DNA of 64,000 nucleotides from Deltaproteobacteria bacterium (GTDB lineage Bacteria; SAR324; NAC60-12), in NCBI GenBank assembly GCA_038150265.1, contig JAYOTF010000017.1, positions 2,870 through 66,869 on the forward strand. Direction: 5' to 3'. The notes under the pieces were generated by a model. That model made no database searches. It was not told the DNA's origin and worked only from the letters and a program-made list of their open reading frames with translations. Positions 1 through 9,141 of the stretch are shown piece after piece. Position 1 is the stretch's first letter. Each line of letters begins with the position of its first letter. The translations under genes were made by a program, and so were the position numbers.

Positions 1-1776
1 CAGGCGGTCAATGACGTTCTGGTCCACCGCCTTCCAGAGGATGAACGTGGACAGCAAGCGCCCGGGCTGAATGATGAGGGCGTTGTAGAGTTCATCAATG
101 TACCACTTGTTGAGGGACAGCTCGTAAGCGCCCTTCCAGCGAGTGCGCATCGCCGAGGCCTTCTCGAGCCCCTGGCTGTACAGGCTGCGTGCAAGGTACC
201 AGGAGAACAGCGCCAGGGCCACGGAGGCGCCCATCAGCGTCCATTCCGTGGAGACCGAGCCATGCGCCTCTCCGGAGACTTCTGCAAAGAAGCCATGGAA
301 GTAGATCTCCAGCCCATTTGGCAGGATGTGGAACACGTGCGGCACGCCAACCAGTCCCCCAACTGCCGAAAGCACTGCCAGGACCATCAGCGGGATGGTC
401 ATGTTGAAGGGCGATTCATGCAGGTGTGCTTCCGTGTGCGGATCCACACGGGATTCGCCGTGGAAGGTCAGGTAGATCATCCGGAACATGTAGAAGGACG
501 TCAGCCCAGCCGTGATGAAGCCCACGAGCCAGAGGCCACTTCCTCCCAGCGGAGAACTCCAGGCCTTCCAGAGGATCTCATCCTTGCTGAAGAACCCGGC
601 AAAGAAGGGAATTCCCGCAATGGCGAGGGTTCCAATCAGCATCGTCAGGTAGGTAATCGGGAGCTTCTTCCGGAGCCCCCCCATCTTCATCATGTTCTGC
701 TCATGGTGCATCGCATGAATCACCGAGCCGGAGCCCATGAACAGCAGGGCCTTGAAGAAGGCGTGGGTCATGACGTGAAAGACTCCGGCGCCGAAGGCTC
801 CCACGCCCATGGCGAGGAACATGTACCCGAGCTGACTGACCGTGGAGTACGCCAGCACCTTCTTGATGTCCGTCTGCGTGATCGCAATGGTGGCCGCCAG
901 CAGGGCTGTGAGGACCCCAACAATGGCAATCACGTTCAGGGTCGCCGGTGCCAGGATGAACAGGTGACTCAGACGGGCCACCATGTACAGGCCCGCGGTC
1001 ACCATGGTTGCGGCGTGGATGAGGGCCGACACCGGAGTCGGGCCTTCCATGGCGTCCGGAAGCCAGACGTACAGAGGCACCTGCGCCGATTTACCCGTTG
1101 CCCCCAGGAACAGGAACAGCGTGATGACCGTCACCAGCACTCCGCCCGCTTCCAAACGATCGGCCGCTTCGGCGTTGACGAGGTCGAAGTTCAGCGTTCC
1201 AAAGGTCAGGAAGATCAAGAACACGGCACTGAGGACCCCGAAGTCGCCCACCCGGTTGAACAGGAAGGCCTTCTTGCAGGCCTCAGCCGCAGAGGGCTTC
1301 TCAAAGTAGTAGCCAATCAGCAGGTACGAACACAGTCCCACGCCTTCCCAGCCGACAAACATGAGCAGGAAGCTGTCTCCCAGCACAAGGATCAGCATGA
1401 AGAAGACGAAGAGGTTCAGGTAGGCGAAGTAACGGTAGTAGCCGTCCTCTTCTCCCATGTACCCGATGGAGTAGATGTGAATGAGGAACCCGATTCCCGT
1501 AATGATCAGCAGGTAGAGTCCGGAAAGCTGATCCACCGTGAAGGCGACATCCAGGCTGAACGCGCCGGTTGACATCCAGGTGTACAGGGTCTCATGGAGC
1601 TTGTGACCGTCTGCAGCCCGCATCTCGAAGAACAGGATCAGCGCCTGCGCAAACGCCAGGGCAATGGCGGCTGGTGCCACAATGGTCACAAAGCGTTTGC
1701 CAAAGAGCTTGCCAAAGAGCCCGTTGGCGAGGAATCCGAGCAAGGGGAAGGCTGGAACCAGCCAGATGTGAGACAT
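1..1776 (-). CDS. nuoL: NADH-quinone oxidoreductase subunit L (complex I); C-terminal end cut by window edge
   Basis: Absent from the ORF track because it has no stop in the window. My reverse-strand translation from ATG 1776-1774 gives MSHIWLVPAFPLLGFLANGLFGK...IGYMGEEDGYYRYFAYLNLF. Near position 1 it reads ...NKWYIDELYNALIIQPG.... Both are typical of NuoL/ND5. The frame stays open to position 1, and the gene lies 5 bp downstream of nuoK. Confidence 0.9.
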   Translation of the reverse strand, partial: MSHIWLVPAFPLLGFLANGLFGKLFGKRFVTIVAPAAIALAFAQALILFFEMRAADGHKLHETLYTWMSTGAFSLDVAFTVDQLSGLYLLIITGIGFLIHIYSIGYMGEEDGYYRYFAYLNLFVFFMLILVLGDSFLLMFVGWEGVGLCSYLLIGYYFEKPSAAEACKKAFLFNRVGDFGVLSAVFLIFLTFGTLNFDLVNAEAADRLEAGGVLVTVITLFLFLGATGKSAQVPLYVWLPDAMEGPTPVSALIHAATMVTAGLYMVARLSHLFILAPATLNVIAIVGVLTALLAATIAITQTDIKKVLAYSTVSQLGYMFLAMGVGAFGAGVFHVMTHAFFKALLFMGSGSVIHAMHHEQNMMKMGGLRKKLPITYLTMLIGTLAIAGIPFFAGFFSKDEILWKAWSSPLGGSGLWLVGFITAGLTSFYMFRMIYLTFHGESRVDPHTEAHLHESPFNMTIPLMVLAVLSAVGGLVGVPHVFHILPNGLEIYFHGFFAEVSGEAHGSVSTEWTLMGASVALALFSWYLARSLYSQGLEKASAMRTRWKGAYELSLNKWYIDELYNALIIQPGRLLSTFILWKAVDQNVIDRL

Positions 1777-1781
1777 GCCGT

Positions 1782-2084
1782 TCATCCTTTCAGGAGGTTG
1801 AATTCGTCAATGTTGAGGGTCTTCCGGGAACGGTACAGCGACAGGATGATCGACAGTCCGACTACGGCCTCAGCGGCAGCGACGACAATGATGAAGAAGA
1901 TGAACATCACCCCATTCATGGAATCCAGCGTCCGCGCGAACGCCACAAAGGAAAGGTTCACCGCATTGAGCATCAGCTCAATGCTCATGAAGATCACAAT
2001 GACGTTACGCCGGAGCATGACGCCGAGCACTCCAATGGAAAAGAGGGCCGCACTTAGGATCAGGACGTGAGTGGTAGGGATCAT
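1782..2084 (-). CDS. nuoK: NADH-quinone oxidoreductase subunit K
   Basis: 100-aa three-TM protein ([20 protein letters not shown]...IILSLYR) typical of NuoK/ND4L. It sits between nuoJ and nuoL. Confidence 0.9.
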   Translation of the reverse strand: MIPTTHVLILSAALFSIGVLGVMLRRNVIVIFMSIELMLNAVNLSFVAFARTLDSMNGVMFIFFIIVVAAAEAVVGLSIILSLYRSRKTLNIDEFNLLKG

Positions 2085-2091
2085 GACAGGC

Positions 2092-2607
2092 TCAATTGAA
2101 GCGACGCTTGGCGATCACCACTGCGCCAATAACAGCGACCAGCAGCAAGATGGAGATGACTTCGAACGGAAGCAGGTACTCGGTAAAGAGCAGGCGGCCA
2201 ATCACCGCAATCGATCCGGTTTCCGCAACTGTGGCGGCATCATACGTTCCGGGTTCGCCCAGGCGCATGGCCGGACTGAGGAACGAGGACACGATCTGGA
2301 GGAACACCACCAGGGTGGCCACAGCCGCCACTCCTTTCGCAGGAGTCCAGCGGATCGCATGCTGCTGCATCCCCTCTTCGTTGCTGAGCAGCATCAGCAC
2401 AAAGAGGAAGAGGACCATGATCGCTCCGGCATAAACCAGCACCTGGATCACTGCCACAAACTCCGCGTTGAGCATCACGTAGATGGCGCCCAGGCAGAAG
2501 AAGGTTCCCACCAGGCTGAGGGCACTGTGGATGGGGTTGCGCAAGAAGAGTACCCCTGCCGCACTTACGATGCTGAGCAACGCAAAGATGTAGAAGAAAA
2601 CCTGCAT
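2092..2607 (-). CDS. nuoJ: NADH-quinone oxidoreductase subunit J
   Basis: 171-aa membrane protein ([14 protein letters not shown]...[25 protein letters not shown]) matching the NuoJ/ND6 pattern. Confidence 0.9.
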   Translation of the reverse strand: MQVFFYIFALLSIVSAAGVLFLRNPIHSALSLVGTFFCLGAIYVMLNAEFVAVIQVLVYAGAIMVLFLFVLMLLSNEEGMQQHAIRWTPAKGVAAVATLVVFLQIVSSFLSPAMRLGEPGTYDAATVAETGSIAVIGRLLFTEYLLPFEVISILLLVAVIGAVVIAKRRFN

Positions 2608-2625
2608 GACGTGTCGCGTAAGGGG

Positions 2626-4269
2626 TTAGGCAATACTGGACTTTTCCAAGCGTTTGACCGCTCGTCCGGGATCATCAACGGTTCCGGGAAGCACCTGTCC
2701 GGTGGCCGGGAGCGTGCTCAGCTGCATCCCGGCAAAGGAGCGGACCTCCTGTGCGAGGGCGGCAAAGACGCCCTCAACGGAATCGACCTGAGGCTCCTGT
2801 CCCAGCGCACGCATCAGGCCCGCCAGCACCTCCCACTCCGGATGCGACTGACGAGGCGGCACCACAGCCGCTTCGGTCCGTTGCACGCGACGGTCCTTGT
2901 TCGTGTAGGTCGCCACCTTCTCCGAATGCAGCTGTCCGGGCAGCACCACGTCCACCAACTCGCTCCATTCGTTCAGGAAGGGCGTGACCTGAATGAGCAA
3001 CTGCGCATCCCCGATCTTCTCCCGTGCAGCAGCTTCCTGCTCAAAGGGATTGCCCAGGAGGATCACCACTTTTGCCGGTTGTTCGGCAGCCTGCTTCAGC
3101 AACGAGCCGTCGGTGTCGCCCTTGAGGCCCAGCTCGCGTGCGCCAGCCCGGTTGGGCGTGCGGTCGGTCGTGATGATCGAATCAATGAAGAAGTCAGACT
3201 CCGGTTGCTCCCACGAGGGCATGGGGAAGAGGACTTCGCTGGACTGAAAGGCGTCGCGCATCAGCTTCTTGAGCATGAACAGCTCTTCGTTGCTGGCTCG
3301 GGTATCCGTCAGGGCCAGCACCTCAGACGCCTGCGGCTTCATTTCCTTGACCCGCTCTGCGATGGCCTCAAAGGCCTGGTTCCACGAAATCGCCTGCAGC
3401 TCGCCCTTGATGCGTCCCATCGGCTTCATCACGCGGCCTTCCCGCTGGTTCATCTGCCGGTACGTCAGGCGTCCTTCGTCACACATCCACCAGCGGTTCA
3501 CCTCCTGATTCTCCCGGGGCTTCATCCGGAACACCTCGTTCTTGTCATACTCGATCGAGGTATTGCAGCCCGTGGAGCAGCCCAGACACAGCGAGGGGGT
3601 CTTCTTCAGACGCCACACACGTCGCTTGAAGCGGAATTCCTTTTCCGTCAAGGCGCCTACGGGGCAGATATCGGCCATGTTGCCCTGGAACTTGTTGACC
3701 ATGGGGCGGTCGGCAAAGGTGTCCACCGTCAGCTCATGGGCGCGGTTGAACATGCCAAACTCGGCCGTGCCGGTCACTTCGCGGGTGAAGCGGTCGCAGC
3801 GGGTGCAGTGAATGCAGCGGTTGCGCTCAAGCTGAATGAAGGTCCCAACGTCCCGGATGCCATAGACCCGCTTGTTGTACTCCATCTCGGACTTGCCGGT
3901 CCCGTGGTCGTAGGAGTAGTCCTGGAGGATGCACTCACCCGACTGGTCACAGACTGGGCAGTCGAGGGGGTGATTGATGAGGAGGAACTCCATCACCAGT
4001 TTGCGGGCCTCACTGACCTTGTCATTGCTTGTGACAATTTTCATGTTGGGCGCCGCATCCATGGAGCAGGAGGTCTGCAGCTTCGGGATCGGACGACCGT
4101 TGCCCATGTCCACCACGTCTACCAGACACATCCGGCAGGTGGCCACAACAGAAAGTCCGGGGTGGTAGCAGTAATGCGGAATGTCAGCACCGGCTCTCAG
4201 TGCGGCGGGGAGCACCTTTTCGCCAGGCTGAAACTCAATGGGCTGGTCGTCCAGATAAAAGACGGGCAT
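2626..4269 (-). CDS. nuoG: NADH-quinone oxidoreductase subunit G, short 547-aa form
   Basis: N-terminal 2Fe-2S ferredoxin-like Cys pattern, HPLDCPVCDQSGEC, CIHCTRCDRF...CPVGAL and CLGCSTGCN cluster motifs. A truncated molybdopterin-like region follows. Confidence 0.9.
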   Translation of the reverse strand: MPVFYLDDQPIEFQPGEKVLPAALRAGADIPHYCYHPGLSVVATCRMCLVDVVDMGNGRPIPKLQTSCSMDAAPNMKIVTSNDKVSEARKLVMEFLLINHPLDCPVCDQSGECILQDYSYDHGTGKSEMEYNKRVYGIRDVGTFIQLERNRCIHCTRCDRFTREVTGTAEFGMFNRAHELTVDTFADRPMVNKFQGNMADICPVGALTEKEFRFKRRVWRLKKTPSLCLGCSTGCNTSIEYDKNEVFRMKPRENQEVNRWWMCDEGRLTYRQMNQREGRVMKPMGRIKGELQAISWNQAFEAIAERVKEMKPQASEVLALTDTRASNEELFMLKKLMRDAFQSSEVLFPMPSWEQPESDFFIDSIITTDRTPNRAGARELGLKGDTDGSLLKQAAEQPAKVVILLGNPFEQEAAAREKIGDAQLLIQVTPFLNEWSELVDVVLPGQLHSEKVATYTNKDRRVQRTEAAVVPPRQSHPEWEVLAGLMRALGQEPQVDSVEGVFAALAQEVRSFAGMQLSTLPATGQVLPGTVDDPGRAVKRLEKSSIA

Positions 4270-4276
4270 GATCGAT

Positions 4277-5548
4277 TCAAGCGGCTATAGGTGAGGTGGA
4301 TTCGAAGTAGTTCTTGAACTCTTCGGGGAACTTCGAGACAAAGCTCATGATCGGGAAGGCGGCCGCGTCTCCCAGGGCACACACGGTGGTGCCCGACATG
4401 TTTTGCCCCACACGGTGGAGGCGCTTCAGCTTGCGGTCGCTGCCGTTGCCCGAGAGGAAGTCCCGGAGGATCTGACGGGCCCAGTGGGTTCCTTCCCGGC
4501 ACGGCGTGCACTGGCCACACGACTCGTGGTTGTAGAAGCGGGTGATGCGGTGAAGCAGCTGGACCACGTCGGTGTCTTCATCAAACACCATCATCGCCGA
4601 AGACCCCATCATGGAGCCAATCTTCGAGAGGCCATCGAAGCTGTAGTTCACATCAATCTCATCCGCCCGAATGACCGGAGAGGACGACCCTCCCGGAATG
4701 ACGCCCTTGAGCGCCTTCCCGCCACGGATGCCGCCACCGAGGTCATAGATGATCTCCCGGATGCTGGCATGCATGCTGATTTCATAGACCCCCGGACGGT
4801 TGACGTGTCCGCTGAGGCTGACGAGGTGGGTGCCGGCATTGTTCTCAGGGCCATGAGCCTTGAACGCCTCCGGACCTTCCGTGAGGATGTAGGGCAGGCA
4901 GGCGAGGGTTTCCACGTTGTTCACGGTCGTGGGGCAGCCATTGAAGCCCGAGACGGCAGGAAACGGGGGCTTCACCCGCGGGTGACCGCGCTTGCCTTCC
5001 AGCGAATCCAGCAGCGCGCTTTCCTCTCCGCAGATGTACGCGCCGGCGCCCGTGTGAACGGTCAGGTCCAGTTTGAAACCACTTCCGTACACGTTATCGC
5101 CCAGGATGCCCGCCTCGTAAAGCTCGTCAATGGCGGCATTGAGCGACTTGATGGAGGGCCAGTACTCGCCTCGGACGTAGATGTAGCCGTGGTTGCAGCC
5201 AATGGCAAAGCAGCCAATCATCATGCCCTCCAGGAACTGCTGGGGGTCCTTGAGCATCAGCTCGCGGTCCTTGCAGGTTCCGGGCTCCGACTCGTCGGCG
5301 TTGCACACCAGGTAGCTCGGCTTGCCCGTGCCCTTGGCCATGAAGCTCCACTTCATGCCGGTCGGGAAGCCCGCGCCTCCGCGTCCGCGCAGTCCGGAGT
5401 CTTTCACAACCTGCACAATCTCGTCCGGTTTCATCCCAAGGGCCTGCTTGAGGGCCTTGTGTCCTCCGGACGCCAGGTAGCCTTTGAGCGACTTGTCATA
5501 GTTCGGATTCCGGATGTTCCGGAACAGCACCAGGGTTTCTTCAAGCAT
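4277..5548 (-). CDS. nuoF: NADH-quinone oxidoreductase subunit F (NADH/FMN-binding, 51 kDa)
   Basis: GLRGRGGAGFPTG FMN/NADH motif and C-terminal ESCGQCTPCREG 4Fe-4S motif. Confidence 0.95.
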   Translation of the reverse strand: MLEETLVLFRNIRNPNYDKSLKGYLASGGHKALKQALGMKPDEIVQVVKDSGLRGRGGAGFPTGMKWSFMAKGTGKPSYLVCNADESEPGTCKDRELMLKDPQQFLEGMMIGCFAIGCNHGYIYVRGEYWPSIKSLNAAIDELYEAGILGDNVYGSGFKLDLTVHTGAGAYICGEESALLDSLEGKRGHPRVKPPFPAVSGFNGCPTTVNNVETLACLPYILTEGPEAFKAHGPENNAGTHLVSLSGHVNRPGVYEISMHASIREIIYDLGGGIRGGKALKGVIPGGSSSPVIRADEIDVNYSFDGLSKIGSMMGSSAMMVFDEDTDVVQLLHRITRFYNHESCGQCTPCREGTHWARQILRDFLSGNGSDRKLKRLHRVGQNMSGTTVCALGDAAAFPIMSFVSKFPEEFKNYFESTSPIAA

Positions 5549-5557
5549 GGCGGATCT

Positions 5558-6034
5558 CTAGGCTTGGGTACGCAGTTGTTCAATCAGCTGATCCATCTTC
5601 TCTGGAGTCACCTGCTCATGGTAGTCTTCGTTCACAATCACCGCCGGCGCATAGCTGCAGGCGCCAATGCATTCCATTTCTTCAATGCTAAAGACGCCAT
5701 CATCGGTGGTGTAACCGGCATGGATGCCGAGGCGTTCCTCGGTGTGCTCCAGCAGCTCGGTGCCGCCCACCAGGCAGCACGGAACGCAGGTACAGACCTG
5801 AACGTGGTACTTGCCCGGTTTCTTGAGCTTGAACATGGTGTAGAAGGTGATCACCCCTTCAACATGTGTGGGAGTCACTTCGCAGAGCGCGGCCACTTCA
5901 TTGATGACCTCTTGGGTCAGGTAGCCCTCGTTGTCTTTTTGCGCCAGGTGCAGAATGGGCAGCAGCGCATTTCGCCGAATGGGGTAGCGGCTGAGGACGT
6001 GATCGATCTGTTTCTGAATATCAGGAGAAAACAA
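5558..6034 (-). CDS. nuoE: NADH-quinone oxidoreductase subunit E (24 kDa, 2Fe-2S)
   Basis: Thioredoxin-like 2Fe-2S pattern (VQVCTCVPCCL...CIGACSYAP). TTG start with a GAGAGG purine tract a few nt upstream. Confidence 0.9.
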   Translation of the reverse strand: MFSPDIQKQIDHVLSRYPIRRNALLPILHLAQKDNEGYLTQEVINEVAALCEVTPTHVEGVITFYTMFKLKKPGKYHVQVCTCVPCCLVGGTELLEHTEERLGIHAGYTTDDGVFSIEEMECIGACSYAPAVIVNEDYHEQVTPEKMDQLIEQLRTQA

Positions 6035-6338
6035 GCGGGCCTCTCGGTATTTCGTGCGGTGCCTTCCAGCAGGGTTTAGGGCAAAACAAAAAATGTTCTA
6101 CCAAACCCCACGGAACAATCAATTGAAAAACTCCGGAACCACTGGAATCGGTCCCTTTCTCCCGGGCTCCTTTTTCCTGAGGAATCGCTTCTCCTGAAGC
6201 AAAGGGGCCTTGGAGAATCTCTCGGCTCGCACATTTCCGGAAAGCGGTCTAAGGTGCAGGGTTCTGTTTCCGGCCACCCTTCGAGGTTGTTGACCCTCCT
6301 GTGGCTTCCCGCCCTCATGATTTTCCCGTAGAAAGGCG

Positions 6339-7589
6339 GTGATCGTCTTGTCCTCACCCTCTGCTTCCGCATCCTCACTCCCGCCCAAGGAATTGGGCAT
6401 CACGGAATTTGTCATCCTGGCGGCCATGATGCAATCGCTGGTGGCCCTTTCCATTGACGCCATGCTCCCCGCCCTGCCTGCCATTGGCAGTGACCTTCAG
6501 GTGACCCGAGCCAATGACGTCCAGCTCATCATCATGGTCATGTTCATGGGCTTCTCCCTGGGGCAGATGGCCTATGGTCCCCTTGCTGACAGCATGGGAC
6601 GCAAGCGCCCCGCGTTCATTGGCTTTGGCATCTACCTCGTCGGAACCCTCATCTGCGCCTTCTCGAGCACCCTGCCGGTGCTGCTGGCCGGACGGTTTCT
6701 TCAGGGCATTGGCATTGCCGGCCCCCGGACCGTGATGAACGCCATCATCCGAGACCGCTTTGAAGGCCCGGACATGGCCAGGATCATTTCCTTCATCATG
6801 GCGGTCTTCATCCTGGTGCCGGCCATTGCTCCCACCGTTGGGCAGGGCATGATCTGGCTGGCCGGATGGCGCTCCATCTTTGCCCTGTTCCTCGTTCAGG
6901 GGGTGCTGGTCCTGAGCTGGTTCAGCATTCGTCTGGACGAAACCCTGCCGCCCGAGCGACGCATTCCCCTCTCTCTTCACAACTCGATCCGTGGCATTCG
7001 GGAGGTGTTCCGGATCCGGACCGCCCTGGGCTACACCATTTGCACCGGCTTGGTCTTCAGCCCCTTCCTGGCGTACCTGAGTGCCGCCCAGCAGATCTTT
7101 TCCGGTGTTTATGACCGGGCCGAGGAATTTCCGTACCTGTTTGCCATCCTGGCGCTTTCGCTGGGAACCGCCTCCTTTGCCAGCTCCCGGCTCGTGTCCC
7201 GCTTTGGCATGCGGCGGCTGTCACTGATCAGCATCATCACGTATGCGGCCAGCGCCCTGATTTTCTGGCTGGTGCTGCAGACGCTGCTTCCGGAGCCTCC
7301 GCTGGTGCTGTTCATGGGGTACCTGATGCTGACCTTCTTCTGCGTGGGGCTGCTGTTTGGGAACCTGAACGCCATGGCCATGGAGCCGCTGGGGCACATC
7401 GCTGGCGTTGGCGCAGCAGTCGTTGGGACGCTGTCGATGCTCATTTCCATTCCGGTCGGCATCCTCATTGGCCAGGCCTTTGACGGGAGCATCCGGCCGC
7501 TGATTACCGGGTTTGCCCTCTGCAGCACCCTCGCCGCCTTGCTGATGGCCTGGACCCAACGCCTTCCAGCTGAGCCCCCTTCCCGGTGA
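6339..7589 (+). CDS. MFS drug-resistance transporter, Bcr/CflA-like
   Basis: 12-TM MFS with SLVALSIDAMLPALPAI and GPLADSMGRKRP (MFS motif A) resembling Bcr/CflA. The start (GTG 6339) is uncertain. Confidence 0.8.
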   Translation: MIVLSSPSASASSLPPKELGITEFVILAAMMQSLVALSIDAMLPALPAIGSDLQVTRANDVQLIIMVMFMGFSLGQMAYGPLADSMGRKRPAFIGFGIYLVGTLICAFSSTLPVLLAGRFLQGIGIAGPRTVMNAIIRDRFEGPDMARIISFIMAVFILVPAIAPTVGQGMIWLAGWRSIFALFLVQGVLVLSWFSIRLDETLPPERRIPLSLHNSIRGIREVFRIRTALGYTICTGLVFSPFLAYLSAAQQIFSGVYDRAEEFPYLFAILALSLGTASFASSRLVSRFGMRRLSLISIITYAASALIFWLVLQTLLPEPPLVLFMGYLMLTFFCVGLLFGNLNAMAMEPLGHIAGVGAAVVGTLSMLISIPVGILIGQAFDGSIRPLITGFALCSTLAALLMAWTQRLPAEPPSR

Positions 7590-7666
7590 CTTGTGTTTGC
7601 AAAGGTTTCCGGGCTTGTGTAAGGTAGGTGGGCTATTGTCAAGGACCCCTCACCAGCCTCCATGCC

Positions 7667-8164
7667 ATGCTGCGGAAACCCGTCATTAAACACGAACAGA
7701 AACTGCCTCCCGGGCTCAAGTGGTCCATCATCGGAGGCGGCACCGTCGCAGGAATCGGGATCGTCATCGCCATCCTCAACACCTACACGGATGTGTTCGA
7801 GGACGTCTTCAAGCCCAAGCCGAAACCGGTGGCCATCAACTACATGGAGCCCGACGAGGTCAACGACAACACCCCGGCCAAGAAGCTCTCGGACGAGGTC
7901 CGCAACGCCTACAACCAGATCGACCGGGTCCGGGCAGAAATCACCCTGGGCAGCACCTGCACGGTCCAGCTTCACGTCAGCCAGGGCGTTCTGAGCCAGT
8001 GGACCAGCAGCGAGCAGATTGTGGAAGGCATCCTCGGAGACGTCCGGAGCCGCGCCCGCAAGCACTCCCGGAGCCGCTCCTGCGTCGTCGATGTCGTCCG
8101 AGACGGAGAGATCAAGGTCCGGGCCCGTCCCAAGGGAGAAGGAACCCGCTTCGAGTACTACTAA
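7667..8164 (+). CDS. Hypothetical single-pass membrane protein
   Basis: ORF with one TM (WSIIGGGTVAGIGIVIAIL) and GC3-rich codons. I recognise no family. I prefer ATG 7667 over the track start 7628. Confidence 0.5.
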   Translation: MLRKPVIKHEQKLPPGLKWSIIGGGTVAGIGIVIAILNTYTDVFEDVFKPKPKPVAINYMEPDEVNDNTPAKKLSDEVRNAYNQIDRVRAEITLGSTCTVQLHVSQGVLSQWTSSEQIVEGILGDVRSRARKHSRSRSCVVDVVRDGEIKVRARPKGEGTRFEYY

Positions 8165-8175
8165 CAGGAATTGTC

Positions 8176-8754
8176 ATGTCTCAGCCCACCTACGTCACCG
8201 CGTTGGACCTTCCGGAACTGCCGCGCGATCAGCTCAGTCCCGAAATTCGAGCGTACTTTGAGAAGTGCGATGAAAAGCTCGGCTTTGTCCCCAACGTCCT
8301 CCGGGCCTACGCCTTCAATGAGGAGAAGCTCAAGCCCTTCATGGCCATGTACGATGACCTGATGCTGGGGGAGTCGGACCTGTCCAAGCTGGAGCGGGAG
8401 ATGATTGCCGTGGCCGTTTCAGCGGTCAACCGCTGCTTCTACTGCCTCACCGCCCACGGAAACGCCGTCCGGCGGCTCAGCAAGGACCCGAAGCTGGGGG
8501 AGCTGATGGTCATGAACTACCGCATCGCCGAGCTGGAATCCGCTCAGCGGGCCATGCTCGACTTCGCCGTCAAGCTCACGGAACGCCCCCACGAGGTCAT
8601 GGAGGCTGACCGCGAGGCCTTGCGTCAGCACGGTTTTTCCGATGCCGCCATCTGGGACATCTGCGCCGTCGTCGGCTTCTTCAACATGAGCAACCGGGTC
8701 GCATCCGGAGTCGACATGCAGCCCAATGAGGTCTACCACGAACAGTTTCGCTGA
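8176..8754 (+). CDS. AhpD-like / carboxymuconolactone decarboxylase family peroxidase-related protein
   Basis: CFYCLTAH CxxC..H motif in an all-helical ~190-aa protein. The internal ATG 8176 removes an implausible Arg/Pro-rich N-terminal extension of ORF 7720..8754. Confidence 0.8.
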   Translation: MSQPTYVTALDLPELPRDQLSPEIRAYFEKCDEKLGFVPNVLRAYAFNEEKLKPFMAMYDDLMLGESDLSKLEREMIAVAVSAVNRCFYCLTAHGNAVRRLSKDPKLGELMVMNYRIAELESAQRAMLDFAVKLTERPHEVMEADREALRQHGFSDAAIWDICAVVGFFNMSNRVASGVDMQPNEVYHEQFR

Positions 8755-8760
8755 GGCGCT

Positions 8761-9129
8761 GTGAACACCAACATCAAGATCCTGCTGGTCGATGACTTCA
8801 AGCTCATGCTGACGGTCTCCAGCACCATCCTCAACAGCCTGGGCTTTGAGCAAATTCAGCTGGCCCACAATGGGCGAGAAGCGTGGGAGTGCCTGCAACG
8901 GGAACCCTTTGACCTGCTCATGACCGACTGGGACATGCCGGAAATGAACGGGGGCGACCTGATCCATGAGGTCCGCAAGCATCCGGAACTCAAGGACCTC
9001 CCCATCCTGGTCATCACTGGTGACAGCCACTACAGCCAGACGGCTCTTGAGCGAGGCGCCAACGCCGTGTTGCTGAAGCCGTTCAAGGAGAGCGTCCTCC
9101 GGGAACGGCTGGCCGAACTCGGCTTCTGA
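8761..9129 (+). CDS. Single-domain response regulator (CheY-like receiver)
   Basis: LLVDD acidic pocket, LLMTDWDMPEMNG phospho-acceptor region, VITG, and the conserved Lys in LLKPF. No output domain. Confidence 0.85.
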   Translation: MNTNIKILLVDDFKLMLTVSSTILNSLGFEQIQLAHNGREAWECLQREPFDLLMTDWDMPEMNGGDLIHEVRKHPELKDLPILVITGDSHYSQTALERGANAVLLKPFKESVLRERLAELGF

Positions 9130-9141
9130 CATCCGGAAGGG

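Noticed and set aside
2071-4290. A 739-aa plus-strand ORF spans the whole of nuoJ and nuoG. Similar full-length antisense ORFs lie opposite most genes. Examples are 262..1572, 4403..6079, 16255..17457, 18844..20340, 20490..21662, 22087..23427, 34727..36451, 38851..40098, 40316..42586, 42649..43914, 45538..46809, 50812..52380, 54897..56588 and 62274..63407.
   Set aside because: These are shadow ORFs. For 2071..4290 I checked that its codons are exactly phase-aligned with the minus-strand nuoG codons (both coordinates are 1 mod 3). A stop in the shadow frame would therefore require a sense TTA, CTA or TCA codon, which this GC3-rich genome avoids. The translations are Arg/Gly/His/Pro-rich low-complexity sequences with no recognisable domains, whereas the opposite strand encodes clear families.
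7720-8175. Long N-terminal extensions appear on several track ORFs. Examples are 7720..8754, 9142..10521, 18499..20493, 20385..21647, 30349..31866, 40178..42685, 45502..46983 and 15584..16270.
   Set aside because: The extensions are Arg/Pro/Gly-rich and unlike the family N-termini. Internal ATG codons give canonical N-termini or signal peptides, for example [11 protein letters not shown] for PyrG and the lipobox leader of the AttH-like protein.
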